Source of the DNA: Chloroflexota bacterium
GTDB lineage: Bacteria > Chloroflexota > UBA11872 > VXOZ01
Reading direction: 5' to 3'
DNA length: 64,000 nt
Assembly (NCBI GenBank): GCA_964291655.2
Contig: OZ219802.1
Span: 2,112,001 to 2,176,000, forward strand
Below the pieces are notes generated by a model, which worked only from the letters and a program-made list of their open reading frames with translations, was not told the origin of the DNA and did not search any database. Position 1 is the first letter of the stretch, and each line of letters starts with the position of its first letter. This document shows positions 40,790 through 52,126 of this stretch, one piece after another. A program made the translations under genes and the position numbers.

Positions 40790-41911
40790 TTAGTGGCCTG
40801 CGCGGAAGGCGTCGATGCCTGCGAGCAAGCGGTCGATGTCCGTGCGGTCGTTGAACACGTGCGGGTCAACGCGGAAGAGATTGCGGAGGAAGTAGGTGTC
40901 CACGCCATGCGCGGTCAGGTAGGCTTGCAGGTCGCCCGCGTCGTCGATTTCGGCGGCAATCACGCCTGCGCGCCGGGTGGAATCTCGCGGTGTCCGCACG
41001 GTGATCCCTCGCTCTTGCAGCCCCTCAATACAATACTCTGTCAGATCGAGCACGTGGGCCTCCACGGCTGCCATGCCGGTTTTCAGCAGGACTTCGATTC
41101 CCGGAAGGGTTGCGGCGACGCCCATGAGGTTCGGCATGCCCAACTGAAAGCGCTCGGCGCTGGGCTGGAGTTGAAGTTCCTCAAGGTCGGTCTGGGTCGT
41201 GCTCACCCAACCCGCCGTCGATGGCTGTCTGTCGAGATGGCGTTTGGCAACGAAAAGAAAACCAACGCCGGCAGGGCCGAGGAGCCATTTCATCGCGGTA
41301 GTGCTAAAGAAATCAACGCCGGTTGCGTGGAGATCGATGTTAAGCGCTCCGGCCGATTGCGCGCCGTCCACGAGCAGCAAGGCCCCGTGCGCATGCGCAA
41401 GCTTCGCCAGGGCGCCAATGTCGTGACGAAAACCCTGCGCGGGCGTGACGTGGGAGACGCTCACAGCAACGGTATTGTCGTCAATAGCCCGTTCCATGTC
41501 CTCCATGTGGATTAACCCGTCGCGAGGCGGGACGAAGCGACGCTCAAGTCTATCACGCGGCGGCAACATCCAAGGATACACGCTGGAAGGATAGGGGAAG
41601 CCGTCGAACACGACATTGCCGCCTGGCTTGGGGGCAATCAAGCTTACGGCAAGACTTGATCCCGCTGACGTGCTGTCATTGACGGCAATCTCATCTGAAT
41701 CAGCGCCCATTAATTCTGCGTATGATTCCCGAAGCGCGCGGGTTTCGTCCATGAAGCGCGGATAGAGATCGCCGGTCTTGTGGGTAAGCGCGGCGAGATG
41801 GTGCTTGAGCGCTGTCAGCATAGGCGTGGATGCCGGCGCAATGCCGCCGCTGAAGAGATACGCGCGCTCTTCAAGTATGGGAAAGAGGTTGCGTACGTCT
41901 GCCGGTGTCAT
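40790..41911 (-). CDS. Class V PLP-dependent aminotransferase-like enzyme
   Basis: VDGAQSAG and TAMKWLLGPAG (PLP lysine). Confidence 0.9.
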   Translation of the reverse strand: MTPADVRNLFPILEERAYLFSGGIAPASTPMLTALKHHLAALTHKTGDLYPRFMDETRALRESYAELMGADSDEIAVNDSTSAGSSLAVSLIAPKPGGNVVFDGFPYPSSVYPWMLPPRDRLERRFVPPRDGLIHMEDMERAIDDNTVAVSVSHVTPAQGFRHDIGALAKLAHAHGALLLVDGAQSAGALNIDLHATGVDFFSTTAMKWLLGPAGVGFLFVAKRHLDRQPSTAGWVSTTQTDLEELQLQPSAERFQLGMPNLMGVAATLPGIEVLLKTGMAAVEAHVLDLTEYCIEGLQERGITVRTPRDSTRRAGVIAAEIDDAGDLQAYLTAHGVDTYFLRNLFRVDPHVFNDRTDIDRLLAGIDAFRAGH

Positions 41912-42355
41912 GTAATACTCCCAGGCGTCGTGGAGCGGGAGAGCATGGTATTGTCATTATCCCTGTGACGCATCTGCACACCGGCGACCGCAGTCATTCA
42001 TGCTTGATACGGTAGCACAGGTCTGAAACCTGTGCCCACCGGGTATTGTGCAATGGTCGCCACGGTCTACGCAGGGTCTTGCGATTGCCACCCTGAACAA
42101 CGTGAAGGGCCTAAGATATCTCCGGCCACGCAACGGTGCTTCTAAGTGGGGACCTTAGATTCCTCGAACCCTGTTCGCCGAACAAGGATCGGCGAACAGG
42201 GCTCGACGCTCCGCTCGGAATGACAAGGCCTTGTAGCACTCTCTGCGGGAAAGCGAATTCTGTCAACGAATTACTCAACACTTTCAGGAGTGACAGAATC
42301 AGTCAGCGTCTCCGGAGGCACAATCGAAAGACCCTGACGGTTTATGTGCCTCCCA

Positions 42356-42796
42356 TTACTCCGGCGTCGAGGCGGATTTCGGCTCGGTGAATACAACGCC
42401 TGCTTCTTGCACCTCTTGGTAGGGCAGCAGCCATACCAAGGACTCGTCATGCAGGTCTACCACCTGGATGCGGTTGCCCCAGGGATCGCGAAAGTCGCAG
42501 CGAATGTAGTCGTTGGACATGACGTCGAGGTTGTACTTCGTGCGCAGTTTGTCGCGAACGCTCGCGAGCTGCTCCTCATCGCGCACCATGATGCCAAAGT
42601 GGCGGGAGCGCTCCGGTTGCAGTTCATCCACTTCGAAGATCGCCAGAAACTGGTGATTCCCCAGTTGGCACCAGGCCGCTCCTTCTCCGCCGCGCAACAT
42701 CTCTAGATTGAACACATCCTCGTAAAAGGCTACTGCCTTCTCAACATCGTCTACCTCGATGCCAACGTGATTAACACCGTACACCTGGACATCCAT
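42356..42796 (-). CDS. VOC/glyoxalase family protein
   Basis: NHVGIEV.D...AVAFY, HFGI and FRDPWGNRIQV; start MDVQV at 42796. Confidence 0.88.
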   Translation of the reverse strand: MDVQVYGVNHVGIEVDDVEKAVAFYEDVFNLEMLRGGEGAAWCQLGNHQFLAIFEVDELQPERSRHFGIMVRDEEQLASVRDKLRTKYNLDVMSNDYIRCDFRDPWGNRIQVVDLHDESLVWLLPYQEVQEAGVVFTEPKSASTPE

Positions 42797-43103
42797 ATAT
42801 GGAGCTCTCCTTGACCGTGAAACTTGCAGGAACTTCCTAATTCTCACTATATACCAGCCCGGCACGTAGAAACTTTTCTCTCATGCGAAAGCACGTTTGC
42901 GGGCGTGCTGCGGGAAGATCTCCTGCGCTGGTCCCATAGCTGAGCAAGAATGCCAGCCGCAAGAATGGAGTGAACTCACTCGTGCTTCGATCCTTCGACA
43001 GGCCTGTGCTGAGCTTGTCGAAGTGCTCAGGACAGGCAGGCTCGGCACGAACGGTTCCGGAGTTCTTAAGTTACCTAGGGTCTGGGGGTTCTTAAGTCAC
43101 CTA

Positions 43104-44192
43104 CTAAAGGAGTGTTTCCAACTCGCTTGCCCACGACTGTACGGATTCCTGGTCGTCGCCGCGTATAGTGATGTGTCCCAGTTTGCGGCCGGGGCGCGGC
43201 TCTTTGGCGTAGAGGTGCAGATGGGAGTTGGGCACGGCGGCGACAGCGGCGGGAGCGGGAGTCTCGCCGATGAGGTTGAGCATAATGGAGTGACCCCGCG
43301 GGACGGTAGCGCCGAGGGGGAGGCCGAGCACGGCGCGCAGGTGGTTCTCGAACTGGCTGGTTTCCGCGCCTTCGATTGTCCAGTGTCCGGAGTTGTGCAC
43401 GCGGGGCGCCATCTCATTTGCGAGCAATTGGCTGCCCTGCTGAAAGAACTCGATGGCCAGCACGCCCACGTAGTCCAGCGCCTCGAGCACCCGCCTGCCG
43501 TAGTCCTCCGCTTGCGCTTGCAGCGCCGGCGGGGTGGCCGGAGCGGGCGCGATGGAGCGACGCAAGATGCCTTTGTAATGGTAGTTCTCAATTAAAGGAT
43601 AGAAGGCCGTAGCCCCGTCTCGTCCGCGTACGGAGAGCAACGAGACCTCCCGGTCGAACGGCACGAACGCCTCAAGGATGAGGGGCGTCCCTTGGAGGGT
43701 GTCCCAGGCCCCCTGGGCGTCGGCCGCCTGGCGGACGATACGCTGGCCTTTGCCGTCGTAGCCCAGCCGCCGAGTCTTGAGCACGGCGAGAGTCCCCAGC
43801 TTGGTTAAGGCGTCATCAAGAGATTCTCGAGATTCAACCACAAAGAAAGCAGGCGTTGGGATGTCGAGTTCTCGGAAGAAGGTCTTTTCAGTCAGGCGGT
43901 CCTGCGAGGCTTCCAGGGCTGCGGGCGGCGGGTAGACCGGCACGTGGTCTGCGAGGAAGCGCGCTGCGTCCACCGGCACGTTCTCGAATTCATAGGTGAC
44001 GAACTCAAGGCCGGATGCAAAGCGCGCGAGCGCCTCTCGATCGTCGAAACTCGCCCCGACCACGAGTTCCGCCAGTTCTCCGGCCGGCGCATCGGCGTAC
44101 GTGTCGAGCACGCGGAAGCGCACACCCAGCGGATATCCCGCCAGGGCCAACATGCGGCCGAGCTGGCCGCCTCCCAGAATGCCGACGGTCAT
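43104..44192 (-). CDS. purK: N5-carboxyaminoimidazole ribonucleotide synthase
   Basis: [35 protein letters not shown] and RKLGH. Confidence 0.97.
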   Translation of the reverse strand: MTVGILGGGQLGRMLALAGYPLGVRFRVLDTYADAPAGELAELVVGASFDDREALARFASGLEFVTYEFENVPVDAARFLADHVPVYPPPAALEASQDRLTEKTFFRELDIPTPAFFVVESRESLDDALTKLGTLAVLKTRRLGYDGKGQRIVRQAADAQGAWDTLQGTPLILEAFVPFDREVSLLSVRGRDGATAFYPLIENYHYKGILRRSIAPAPATPPALQAQAEDYGRRVLEALDYVGVLAIEFFQQGSQLLANEMAPRVHNSGHWTIEGAETSQFENHLRAVLGLPLGATVPRGHSIMLNLIGETPAPAAVAAVPNSHLHLYAKEPRPGRKLGHITIRGDDQESVQSWASELETLL

Positions 44193-44704
44193 GCTGACTC
44201 TCGCGGATCGGGGTGAGCGAGCACGCCACCGGTCTGTTGCTCGCGAAATTTCTCATAAGACGAACGAAATTGCGGGTACTTGATTCCAAGTATTGCGGTA
44301 GCAAGCAGCGCGGCGTTCACCGCGCCGGCGCGTCCGATGGCCAATGTACCAACGGGCACGCCCGCGGGCATCTGCGCGATGGAGAGGAGCGAGTCCATGC
44401 CGTTGAGCGACCGCGATTGCACGGGCACGCCGAGCACGGGCAGGCTGGTCTTGGCCGCGGTCATGCCGGGCAGGTGCGCCGCGCCTCCGGCTCCCGCAAT
44501 TATCACCTCAATGCCGCGCTCCGCCGCCGTCTCGGCATAGGCAAACATCCGGTCGGGAGTCCGATGGGCGGAGACGACGCGTACCTCGTGCGGCACACCC
44601 AGTTCTTCCAGGGTCTCCGCCGCGTGGCGCATCGTCTCCCAGTCCGACTTGGATCCCATGATGATGCCGACCAGCGGCTGGGTAGGTTGTGCTTGGTTAT
44701 CCAC
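44189..44704 (-). CDS. purE: N5-carboxyaminoimidazole ribonucleotide mutase
   Basis: [14 protein letters not shown] and [11 protein letters not shown]; ATGA overlap with purK. Confidence 0.98.
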   Translation of the reverse strand: MDNQAQPTQPLVGIIMGSKSDWETMRHAAETLEELGVPHEVRVVSAHRTPDRMFAYAETAAERGIEVIIAGAGGAAHLPGMTAAKTSLPVLGVPVQSRSLNGMDSLLSIAQMPAGVPVGTLAIGRAGAVNAALLATAILGIKYPQFRSSYEKFREQQTGGVLAHPDPRESA

Positions 44705-45188
44705 TTCTTTCCCTCACTAGATCGTTGGACTGCCTGCGGGTGCGCAGCACCATCTGTCCTCGCTCGATTGCCCAGCGGTTCCCGGCTAGTTTGATCGATC
44801 AGTACAAACTCGTAAACCATGACGAGAAATTGTTCCAGACAGGAACGCAATCTTCATCTTGTCCATCTCTGTCAAGGATCAAGAGTGCACACGTTCGCTA
44901 TCACAACTCCATATTGTAGCGAAATCTCGCTAAGTTATTCTCTTACGAGCCCGCAAGTGGCTCAATGAGAACGCTGCAGCTTGAAGTGACCGGTCGGTAC
45001 TCCGGTGCGGGGAGCCTCGAATCCCGCCCAGCACTTGGCGTGGGTCTGCCAAGCGTGTAAAGTAGGTAGTTGGCGCGCTTTTTGGAATATGGATTTGCAA
45101 TACATACAGCGTGCCTTTCTTTAACGGAAGCAAACGGTGAGCAACAAGCGGTAGGTCGCGCAAGGCGACTCAGGAGTTTAGTGGGCGC

Positions 45189-45848
45189 ATGGCCAGAAAA
45201 CATGAGCAGTTACACGCAGATAGGCGAGAAACCTTCGGCAAGAAAGTGAAGCGGCTCCGCCGCGACGGAATGGTGCCGGGAAACGTATACGGTCTCTCCT
45301 TGGATTCAATTCCCCTAACGCTGGACGGCCTCGAATTCATCGCTGTCCATCAACGCGTGGGAGCCACCGGCGTCATTGACTTGGCGGTGAACGGCGGGGA
45401 TACGGTGCCGGTGCTGGTGCAAGAGGTTCAGCACGATCCGCCGACCAGTCGCGTGCTGCACGTGAGTTTCGTGCAGGTTGACTTGACGAAGCCCGTAAGC
45501 GCGTTGGTGCCGGTCTATCTCACTGGTGAAGCGCCGGCTGTGGAGCTCGGCGCCATCGTCATCCAGCACATCAATGAGGTGTCGGTTTCTGCCTTGCCGG
45601 ATGATATACCCGAGAACTTCGAAGTCGACGTCAGTATGCTCGCCGATATCGACTATTCGCAGCTCGTCAGCGACCTCAAGGCACCGGATGGTGTCACGAT
45701 AGAAGCCGACCCCGATGATCTCGTGGTGCGCGCGGAACGGCCGCGCGTGGTTGAGGAAGAGACGCCGGAAGAGGACGAAGAGCTGGAGGGCGAAGAGGGC
45801 GCCGAAGAAGGCGAAGAAGGCGCCGAGGGAGAAGAGAGCGAAGAGTAA
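45189..45848 (+). CDS. rplY: 50S ribosomal protein bL25/Ctc
   Basis: GKKVKRLRRDGMVPGNVYG; Ctc C-terminal domain with acidic tail. Confidence 0.95.
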   Translation: MARKHEQLHADRRETFGKKVKRLRRDGMVPGNVYGLSLDSIPLTLDGLEFIAVHQRVGATGVIDLAVNGGDTVPVLVQEVQHDPPTSRVLHVSFVQVDLTKPVSALVPVYLTGEAPAVELGAIVIQHINEVSVSALPDDIPENFEVDVSMLADIDYSQLVSDLKAPDGVTIEADPDDLVVRAERPRVVEEETPEEDEELEGEEGAEEGEEGAEGEESEE

Positions 45849-46786
45849 GATCTTCGCGCCGGCTGGTCGAGCTGCGTAGTGGCAGTGCCCTCAACTGCGT
45901 TCAGTTCCTTCCGCGCAACCAGACTCAAGGCACCGTAATTGGATGCGTGCTTTTTGGCTGGGCCGGTTGGATTCATCTAAACCCACGTACCCAGCACCGG
46001 GCAGGTTCCGGTCTCCTCCCCCAAGATGAGACCCTTGTATGTCGCTCGATGTGGCGAGTAATTCCCGCTAACATTGGAGACTCCCACTCTGGGCTATTGC
46101 GTATGCCCTGGGTATCTCTGCCAATTGACTGAATTCAAGCGGGATCCGCGCCTACTCCCCTTCACCCCCGTATCGTGTCGATACGCTGTATCGAGTATGT
46201 GGCAGGCTCTAACCCTCTCCCGCCGGAGACCATTGCGAAACCAATGCGGAAGAGAGAGCACTCCCTCTCCCTCGATGGGAGAGGGAGTGCCCCTGCCTGA
46301 AAGTGGGGTTATGCGAATTCCTCCCAGCTAGAAAAGAAACTTCCCGCCTCCGGCCGAAGCTTTGCACAGGTCTCCCACGTAGAGCGAATCTCTTGCACTT
46401 CCGGCCAATGTTCTACAAGGTACTCTTTTCCCTGCGATAGGCAATCGCACGCCTTCGGCGCGGAGCCTAGAAGAGTCTTCATCTTCAACTGTCTCCCGTT
46501 TAGAGTCGAGAATTGACCTTTCGCCGCCCGGCCTCCACCCTGAGCGCAGTGACGAGCGACCGCGCTGCGGTGCGTCCGATTGCGGCCGGCACGACACACC
46601 GCCAACGCCGGTCTTGTCCCTGCACTAGTGCGAGACCCTAGGCGCGGCGCCAATCAAATGCACGGAATGACCTCAATGCAAATCATCTGGCGCCGGAGCA
46701 AGGCAGATCGGAACTTTCTTGGTGTACGGTATAATGTAGGAAAAGCTAACTAAAGCCGCTCAGCGTGCGACATAGGAGCCCTGCCC

Positions 46787-47689
46787 GTGTCGAGTGCCTT
46801 GAAAGTAGACGGTGTCAAGAAAGTCTTCGGCCGCACCACGGTGGTCGATGGCGTCTCCTTTACGGTGGAGCCGCAGGAGATTCTGGGTCTGGTGGGGCCC
46901 AACGGGGCCGGTAAGACCACCACCATCCGCATGGCGCTAGACATCATCCATCCGGATTCCGGTTCGGTTGCACTGTTTGGCAGTGCGCCGACGCGGCAGG
47001 CTTTGCAGCGGATCGGCTACCTGCCCGAGGAACGCGGACTGTATCAGAAGGCGGTCCTCAGCGACGTGCTGCGCTACCTGGGGCGCCTCAAGGGTTTGAG
47101 CGCCAAGGAAGCGCAAGCACGGACCGATGCCATGCTGGATCGCGTCGGCCTCTACGAACACCGTGCCAAGAAGGTGCAGGCGCTCTCACGCGGCATGAAC
47201 CAGCTTGCCCAGTTTGCCAGCGCGCTGCTGCACCGGCCCGATCTTGTCATCCTCGACGAGCCGTTCTCCGGGCTCGACCCTCTCAATGTGCAAGTGATGA
47301 AAGAGATTATCACCGAGCAACAGCAGCGCGGCGCTGCCATCATCTTCAGCTCCCACAATATGGAAGACGTGGAAGAGATGTGCGAGCGTGTTGTGCTCGT
47401 CAGTGGCGGTAATGTGTTACTCTACGGCGCGCTTGACGAATTGAAGCGGGCGCGCGGCATACAGAACATTCGCGTAGCCGCCCCGCAACAACCACCGGAC
47501 GTGCCCGGAGTTGTCCACGCCAAGGTCGAGGACGGGCAGTTCGAGTACCTCTTGACCGAGGGGTCGGACCCCAACGCCGTGCTCCGTTCCTTCCTGGATG
47601 CCGGCATTCCGGTGGAACGGTTTGAAGTCGCCTTGCCCTCCCTGCGCGACATGTTCATCGAAGAGGTGAGTAGTGCCCGCAGCGCTTGA
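46787..47689 (+). CDS. ABC-2 type exporter ATP-binding protein
   Basis: GPNGAGKTT Walker A, GYLPEERGLY, LSRG and LDEPFSGLDP. Confidence 0.93.
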   Translation: MSSALKVDGVKKVFGRTTVVDGVSFTVEPQEILGLVGPNGAGKTTTIRMALDIIHPDSGSVALFGSAPTRQALQRIGYLPEERGLYQKAVLSDVLRYLGRLKGLSAKEAQARTDAMLDRVGLYEHRAKKVQALSRGMNQLAQFASALLHRPDLVILDEPFSGLDPLNVQVMKEIITEQQQRGAAIIFSSHNMEDVEEMCERVVLVSGGNVLLYGALDELKRARGIQNIRVAAPQQPPDVPGVVHAKVEDGQFEYLLTEGSDPNAVLRSFLDAGIPVERFEVALPSLRDMFIEEVSSARSA

Positions 47690-48950
47690 CGGCACCCGCA
47701 TCGTGTTTGCGCACGAGTTTCGCAAGCAGATCGGCGGCAAGGGGTTTCTCATTGCAACGCTGGCAATACCGGTTTTGCTCGTCCTCATCTGGATCGCGAT
47801 ACCGGTGGTCAGAGGCATCGTGGCAGACGATAGTGCCGATTCCAGTGCCGGAAACGCCGCCAGCTCTCCCGCGAGTGAGTCAGACCAAAGTGGCGCCGAC
47901 ACACCCGTCGGCATCGTTCTGCAGGCGACAGACCTCGCTGTAGACTTCAGCCAATTCCCGGAATTTCGAGAATACGCCGAGACAGCGGCAGGATTGGACG
48001 ACTTAAAGACCGGGGAAATCAACGAACTCTTCGTTATCCTGCCGGACTACACCGCCACCGGAGATGTTGAATACTATTACAGCGATGATGAGACCGCGAG
48101 CCGGGGTCAACTGCGCCTCATTCTGACCGACGCACTCTTGGGAGAGACCGAGTCTCCCGCGCATAGGCAACGGGCGCTGGCGCGTCCGCAATTCCAGCGC
48201 TTCACGGTAGCGGCAGATGGCGCGTTGAATGAGGATAGGGGCGCGGCGGTTGCGGTTTCCTTCATAGTAGGGCAGGGTTTCGCCATCGCGCTGATCTTCA
48301 CCCTGATTGCCTACGGCACAATCTTGCTCCAAACCGTTACCGAAGAGAAAGAGAACCGCATGGTGGAGGTCTTGCTCACCTCCGCCTCACCGCTGGCAAT
48401 CATGACGGGCAAAGTGCTGGCGCTGGGTCTGGCCGGCCTGATACAGATGTCGGTATGGGTGGCAGCGGTCATTTTGATCGTGCCCCGCTTCGCGGGAGTA
48501 CTGCCGGATCTTGCCGGCATACCTATCGACATTGGCTTCTTGCTCCTCGTGCTGGCGTTCTTTCTCGCCGGTTACGCTATCGCGGCCGCGCTCATGGCGG
48601 GGATTGGCGCTGCCACTACCTCGACATCGGAAGCAGGACCGCTCACCGCTTTGGTCATCATTCCCCTTGCTGTGCCATTCTATGCCATGCCGCTCTTTCT
48701 GACTTCCGCAGACCACTGGTTGCCGCGCTTCCTCTCGTTCCTGCCGATCACGGCGGCGACGTCGATGATGCTGCGCCTTGCGTCCAGCCACGTGGCGCCA
48801 GCCGAGGTTGCGATTAGTCTGGTATTGATGATTGTGTCGGCGGCACTCTTGCTCTGGCTGGCAAGCCGCATCTTTCGCGCGGGACTATTGTTGTACGGCC
48901 AACGGATGAGCCTGCGTGCGGCATGGGCGGCGCTGCGGTATGGCGGTTGA
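47673..48950 (+). CDS. ABC-2 type exporter permease (NatB/YhaP-like)
   Basis: EEKENRMVEVLLTS...GKVL motif; large extracytoplasmic loop. Confidence 0.9.
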   Translation: MPAALDGTRIVFAHEFRKQIGGKGFLIATLAIPVLLVLIWIAIPVVRGIVADDSADSSAGNAASSPASESDQSGADTPVGIVLQATDLAVDFSQFPEFREYAETAAGLDDLKTGEINELFVILPDYTATGDVEYYYSDDETASRGQLRLILTDALLGETESPAHRQRALARPQFQRFTVAADGALNEDRGAAVAVSFIVGQGFAIALIFTLIAYGTILLQTVTEEKENRMVEVLLTSASPLAIMTGKVLALGLAGLIQMSVWVAAVILIVPRFAGVLPDLAGIPIDIGFLLLVLAFFLAGYAIAAALMAGIGAATTSTSEAGPLTALVIIPLAVPFYAMPLFLTSADHWLPRFLSFLPITAATSMMLRLASSHVAPAEVAISLVLMIVSAALLLWLASRIFRAGLLLYGQRMSLRAAWAALRYGG

Positions 48951-49043
48951 GAGACTGGTCCCCCAATGGCACATTGAAAAACAAAACCGGTACAATACGA
49001 ATCGGTGGGAAATGAGCTCGCGTGAAGCGAGGGAGCAGTACTA

Positions 49044-49277
49044 ATGGCGGTGTTCGATACGCACAAGGCGTTTACGTCGCTGGTTGAGGCAGGATTCACG
49101 GAGCGTCAAGCTCAAGCCCTGCTGGACGTGGGGCGCGAGGGATTCGGGGCGTTAGTAACCAAGGACCATTTGGATGCGCGCCTGCGGGAATTAGAGTTGC
49201 GACTTACGCTGCGCCTCGGGGCTATGGTCGCGGCCGGTGTGGCGATTCTCGCTGCGCTCGAGCTGCTGTCGCGTTGA
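49044..49277 (+). CDS. DUF1640/CCDC90-like small coiled-coil membrane protein
   Basis: FDTHK...LVEAGFTERQA...VTK..L..LTLRLG pattern; C-terminal TM helix. Confidence 0.8.
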   Translation: MAVFDTHKAFTSLVEAGFTERQAQALLDVGREGFGALVTKDHLDARLRELELRLTLRLGAMVAAGVAILAALELLSR

Positions 49278-49458
49278 AGTTCATTCGCGCTTGTCCTTAT
49301 GCAGAGCGCACCATTTACCATTACTGGAGTTTTAGGGAGAATGCCGAGGAGTTCCTCTCGGATCGTCTTCCTAATCTACGCCACACCATTTGGAGCGAAG
49401 AGTCTCGTTTCACCGGTCGGCCACTGCTTAATCACATGATTGGCGAATAGATAAGCAC

Positions 49459-50718
49459 GTGCAAAGACTCTGGTCCGAAATAGGCATCGTCCTGTCGGAA
49501 GAGGTGCGACGCGGTATTCGCCGCAAGCAGTACCTCATCATCACGTTTACGCCGGTGGTAATTGTGCTTGTGCTGGCGCTTGCGGCGCCGCTGGTGCGCG
49601 GTTTCTTTGGGAGTGACAGTGAGAGCGCCGACCGCGCCGGCAACGGACGCGTCGTTGCCGTCGTCAACCGTTCCCCAGACCTCACGTTCGCGAATTTGGA
49701 GTCCTCGGCAGTTTTAGCATTTGCCGACCGCCAAGCCGGTATTGACGCCTTGCAGGCGGGAGACGTGGACGACCTCTTCATAGTTCCTGAGGAATTCATC
49801 CAAACCGGCCGCATTGAGTGGCTGCACACGGATAAGGGCATTAGCAGCATCATCGCGGGTGATGACAGTGAAGACCGCATGCGCGATCTTGTACTTCAAG
49901 CCCTCACGTTTGCGGATCTTTCCGCAGAACAAATCGGGCGCCTGCGCAATCCCCTGGACCTCACACGTTACGAGGTGACACGCGATGGTGACGTGGCCGC
50001 GGCAGAGGAAGGGCAGATACTCACGTTTTTCACTGTGCCTTTCTTGTCGGCGTGGATCATGATCATGGTCATCTTCATGGTAAGCGGCACATTGTTGCAA
50101 AGTGTCTCCGAAGAGAAAGAGAATCGTGTCGTCGAAGTGCTTATCACGTCGGTTTCGCCTCTAGCGTTGATGTCCGGTAAGGTGCTCGGCCTCGGTGCGA
50201 CTGGCCTCCTGCAGGTAGGCATCTGGCTGGTCTCATTGGCGGTGCTGGGCCCGCGCATCGTGGGTGCTTTTCCGGAGATCGGCGACCTGGCCCTGGCGCC
50301 GGCGCTGGCAGTGGCAATCGTTGTTTTCTTTCTCGCCGGGTATTTCGTCTTTGCCGTAGTCATGACGGCAATCAGCGCTGCCACGGTCTCGGCGCGTGAG
50401 GCGTCCTCACTATCCACTATCATCCTCCTGCCTGCGTTGACACCGCTTGTCCTTGCCACACTTATTTCACTCGCTCCCAACGGCGCATTCGCACGGATAC
50501 TCACCTTCATCCCCTTCACTGCTCCCGCCACCATGATGATTAGGCTCGGCGTGACCGACGTTGCGCTCTGGGAGGTCGCGCTCAGTCTGGGTGTGACCGT
50601 TGCGAGCGGCCTCGCGCTCCTCTGGCTTTCGGCGCGGGTATTCCGAGCCGGCATCCTCATCTACGGGCAGCGGATGACTCTGCGACGGCTCTGGCTGGCG
50701 TTGCGCTACGCCAACTAG
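49459..50718 (+). CDS. ABC-2 type exporter permease (paralog)
   Basis: EEKENRVVEVLITS...GKVLG; paralogous to 47673-48950. Confidence 0.9.
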   Translation: MQRLWSEIGIVLSEEVRRGIRRKQYLIITFTPVVIVLVLALAAPLVRGFFGSDSESADRAGNGRVVAVVNRSPDLTFANLESSAVLAFADRQAGIDALQAGDVDDLFIVPEEFIQTGRIEWLHTDKGISSIIAGDDSEDRMRDLVLQALTFADLSAEQIGRLRNPLDLTRYEVTRDGDVAAAEEGQILTFFTVPFLSAWIMIMVIFMVSGTLLQSVSEEKENRVVEVLITSVSPLALMSGKVLGLGATGLLQVGIWLVSLAVLGPRIVGAFPEIGDLALAPALAVAIVVFFLAGYFVFAVVMTAISAATVSAREASSLSTIILLPALTPLVLATLISLAPNGAFARILTFIPFTAPATMMIRLGVTDVALWEVALSLGVTVASGLALLWLSARVFRAGILIYGQRMTLRRLWLALRYAN

Positions 50719-51459
50719 AAGAGTCTTGAATAGACTCGCGAAACCGCATCTAGTTCCGGCGTGAGAGTGAATCACCTTAGTTCAGCTACCCTTTGCCGAT
50801 TCGCCACAGCTTTACGTAGAGCCTCAAGGGATTTGGGACCGGGCAGACAAGAGAACCCTCGCGCCAGCCCTCGCCCAGGGAAAGAGAGCAGCTTGGCAAT
50901 TCCGGCCGGGGTCATCCTGAGCTCTTCTCCCAGGGCAATGCAAAGCATGCCCCCACAGTGAGCGAAGCTGCAACTCAACCTGAGGATTCGCCCAGGCATC
51001 CGGTAGCTGGCGCCGTGAGACCCGGGAAACCACTGTTGCTCCGTGGCGAGGAGGCAGCTTTATAGCTCGGGTTGGCAGGGCTGTGTCAATGTCTCGTGAG
51101 CCGCACCCGCAACAGCGCAACAAGGAGTGCTTTGGGAGCGTGGGCGGGGCTGCGATTGTAACGATTTGCCCTTGCTGCTGTCGAGAGTTCTGTGTGAACG
51201 GACAGGATATGCGCACACAGCGGGCTTCCATTGGGAGTTTGACACTTGGAGCGATAGTGTGGTTTACTTGGTGCCGTAGCTGAAGACTGGAACCTCGCCG
51301 GTACGAAATGTGCTGCGACGAGGCAGTGGACGGCTCAATGAAATGAATGGGAGACAAGAGTGCGAGCGACCATCCTTGGTCGCCGTGGGAAAGTGGTTTA
51401 GGACTCCAGTTTGAGCGCAGTAGCGGTCGTAACGCTGCGTGTACGCCCTTTCACTGGAG

Positions 51460-51543
51460 GACGTCGGCACAGTGCCGCAAGATGTCGGCAAGGTGCCGAA
51501 AAACACCGGCAGGATGCCGTAAGATGCCGGCAGGACGCTAGAA
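51460..51543. repeat. Four tandem 21-bp units with internal palindrome CGGCA-N3-TGCCG
   Basis: GACGTCGGCACAGTGCCGCAA / GATGTCGGCAAGGTGCCGAAA / AACACCGGCAGGATGCCGTAA / GATGCCGGCAGGACGCTAGAA. Confidence 0.75.
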
Positions 51544-51704
51544 TACTGTTTCACGTTGGGCAGGCGGCGGCAGCCCAATTGCGGTCGGCGCGGCCAGGGG
51601 GCGAGCAACCTTCGCAGGCCGATTTGCTCGCATGAAAGTGCGTCTGAGAGACTGCGTTTTGGCTTGGCACAAGCGACGAATAACGCGTGCATGAAGAGTG
51701 CTGC

Positions 51705-51740
51705 GAGCGGTTGACACGTGAAACGGGACTGTGGTTAACT
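51705..51740 (+). promoter_or_regulatory. Putative sigma70 promoter, copy 1
   Basis: TTGACA-N18-TTAACT with TG before the -10; 18 bp GAGCGGTTGACACGTGAA identical to copy 2. Confidence 0.6.
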
Positions 51741-52090
51741 TGGAACCGAAAATTGGAGGCTGAGCTCCTGGGTCGGGTCGGCGTCGCAGGGTGGTACCTT
51801 GAGTTTGCGGACGAAGGCTGGTGAAACCTAAGGAGACGTTAGGGTAAGCGTACGGGGATAGTGCCCTAGTGGCTGCGGAGAGTTTGGGCAGTAAACATAC
51901 TGGGTGTCGCACTGGGTGGATTTGATCGCATTTCCTGCCGGCAGCGACACAGCAAGGCGCGGATTTGCGTGCATGTGCTCCGTCAGAACTAGCGCAGCGT
52001 TTCGTACGATATCCTCACAAAACTGCACCTTTGATACACATTGCCACCGCACGTAGACATGGGCAGAGCGGGCTCCAACCGGCGCACTAA

Positions 52091-52126
52091 GAGCGGTTGA
52101 CACGTGAAGCGACGGTATGGTTAACT
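52091..52126 (+). promoter_or_regulatory. Putative sigma70 promoter, copy 2
   Basis: TTGACA-N18-TTAACT, 386 bp downstream of copy 1. Confidence 0.6.

Noticed and set aside
45850-46780. Possible gene or ncRNA in the rplY-ABC intergenic region
   Set aside because: Largely repeat fragments; no credible ORF or RNA signature recognised
50985-51070. ZTP or purine riboswitch (GCCTGGGC, TATAA, CTACC on the minus strand)
   Set aside because: The remaining consensus elements are missing and there is no downstream purine gene on that strand
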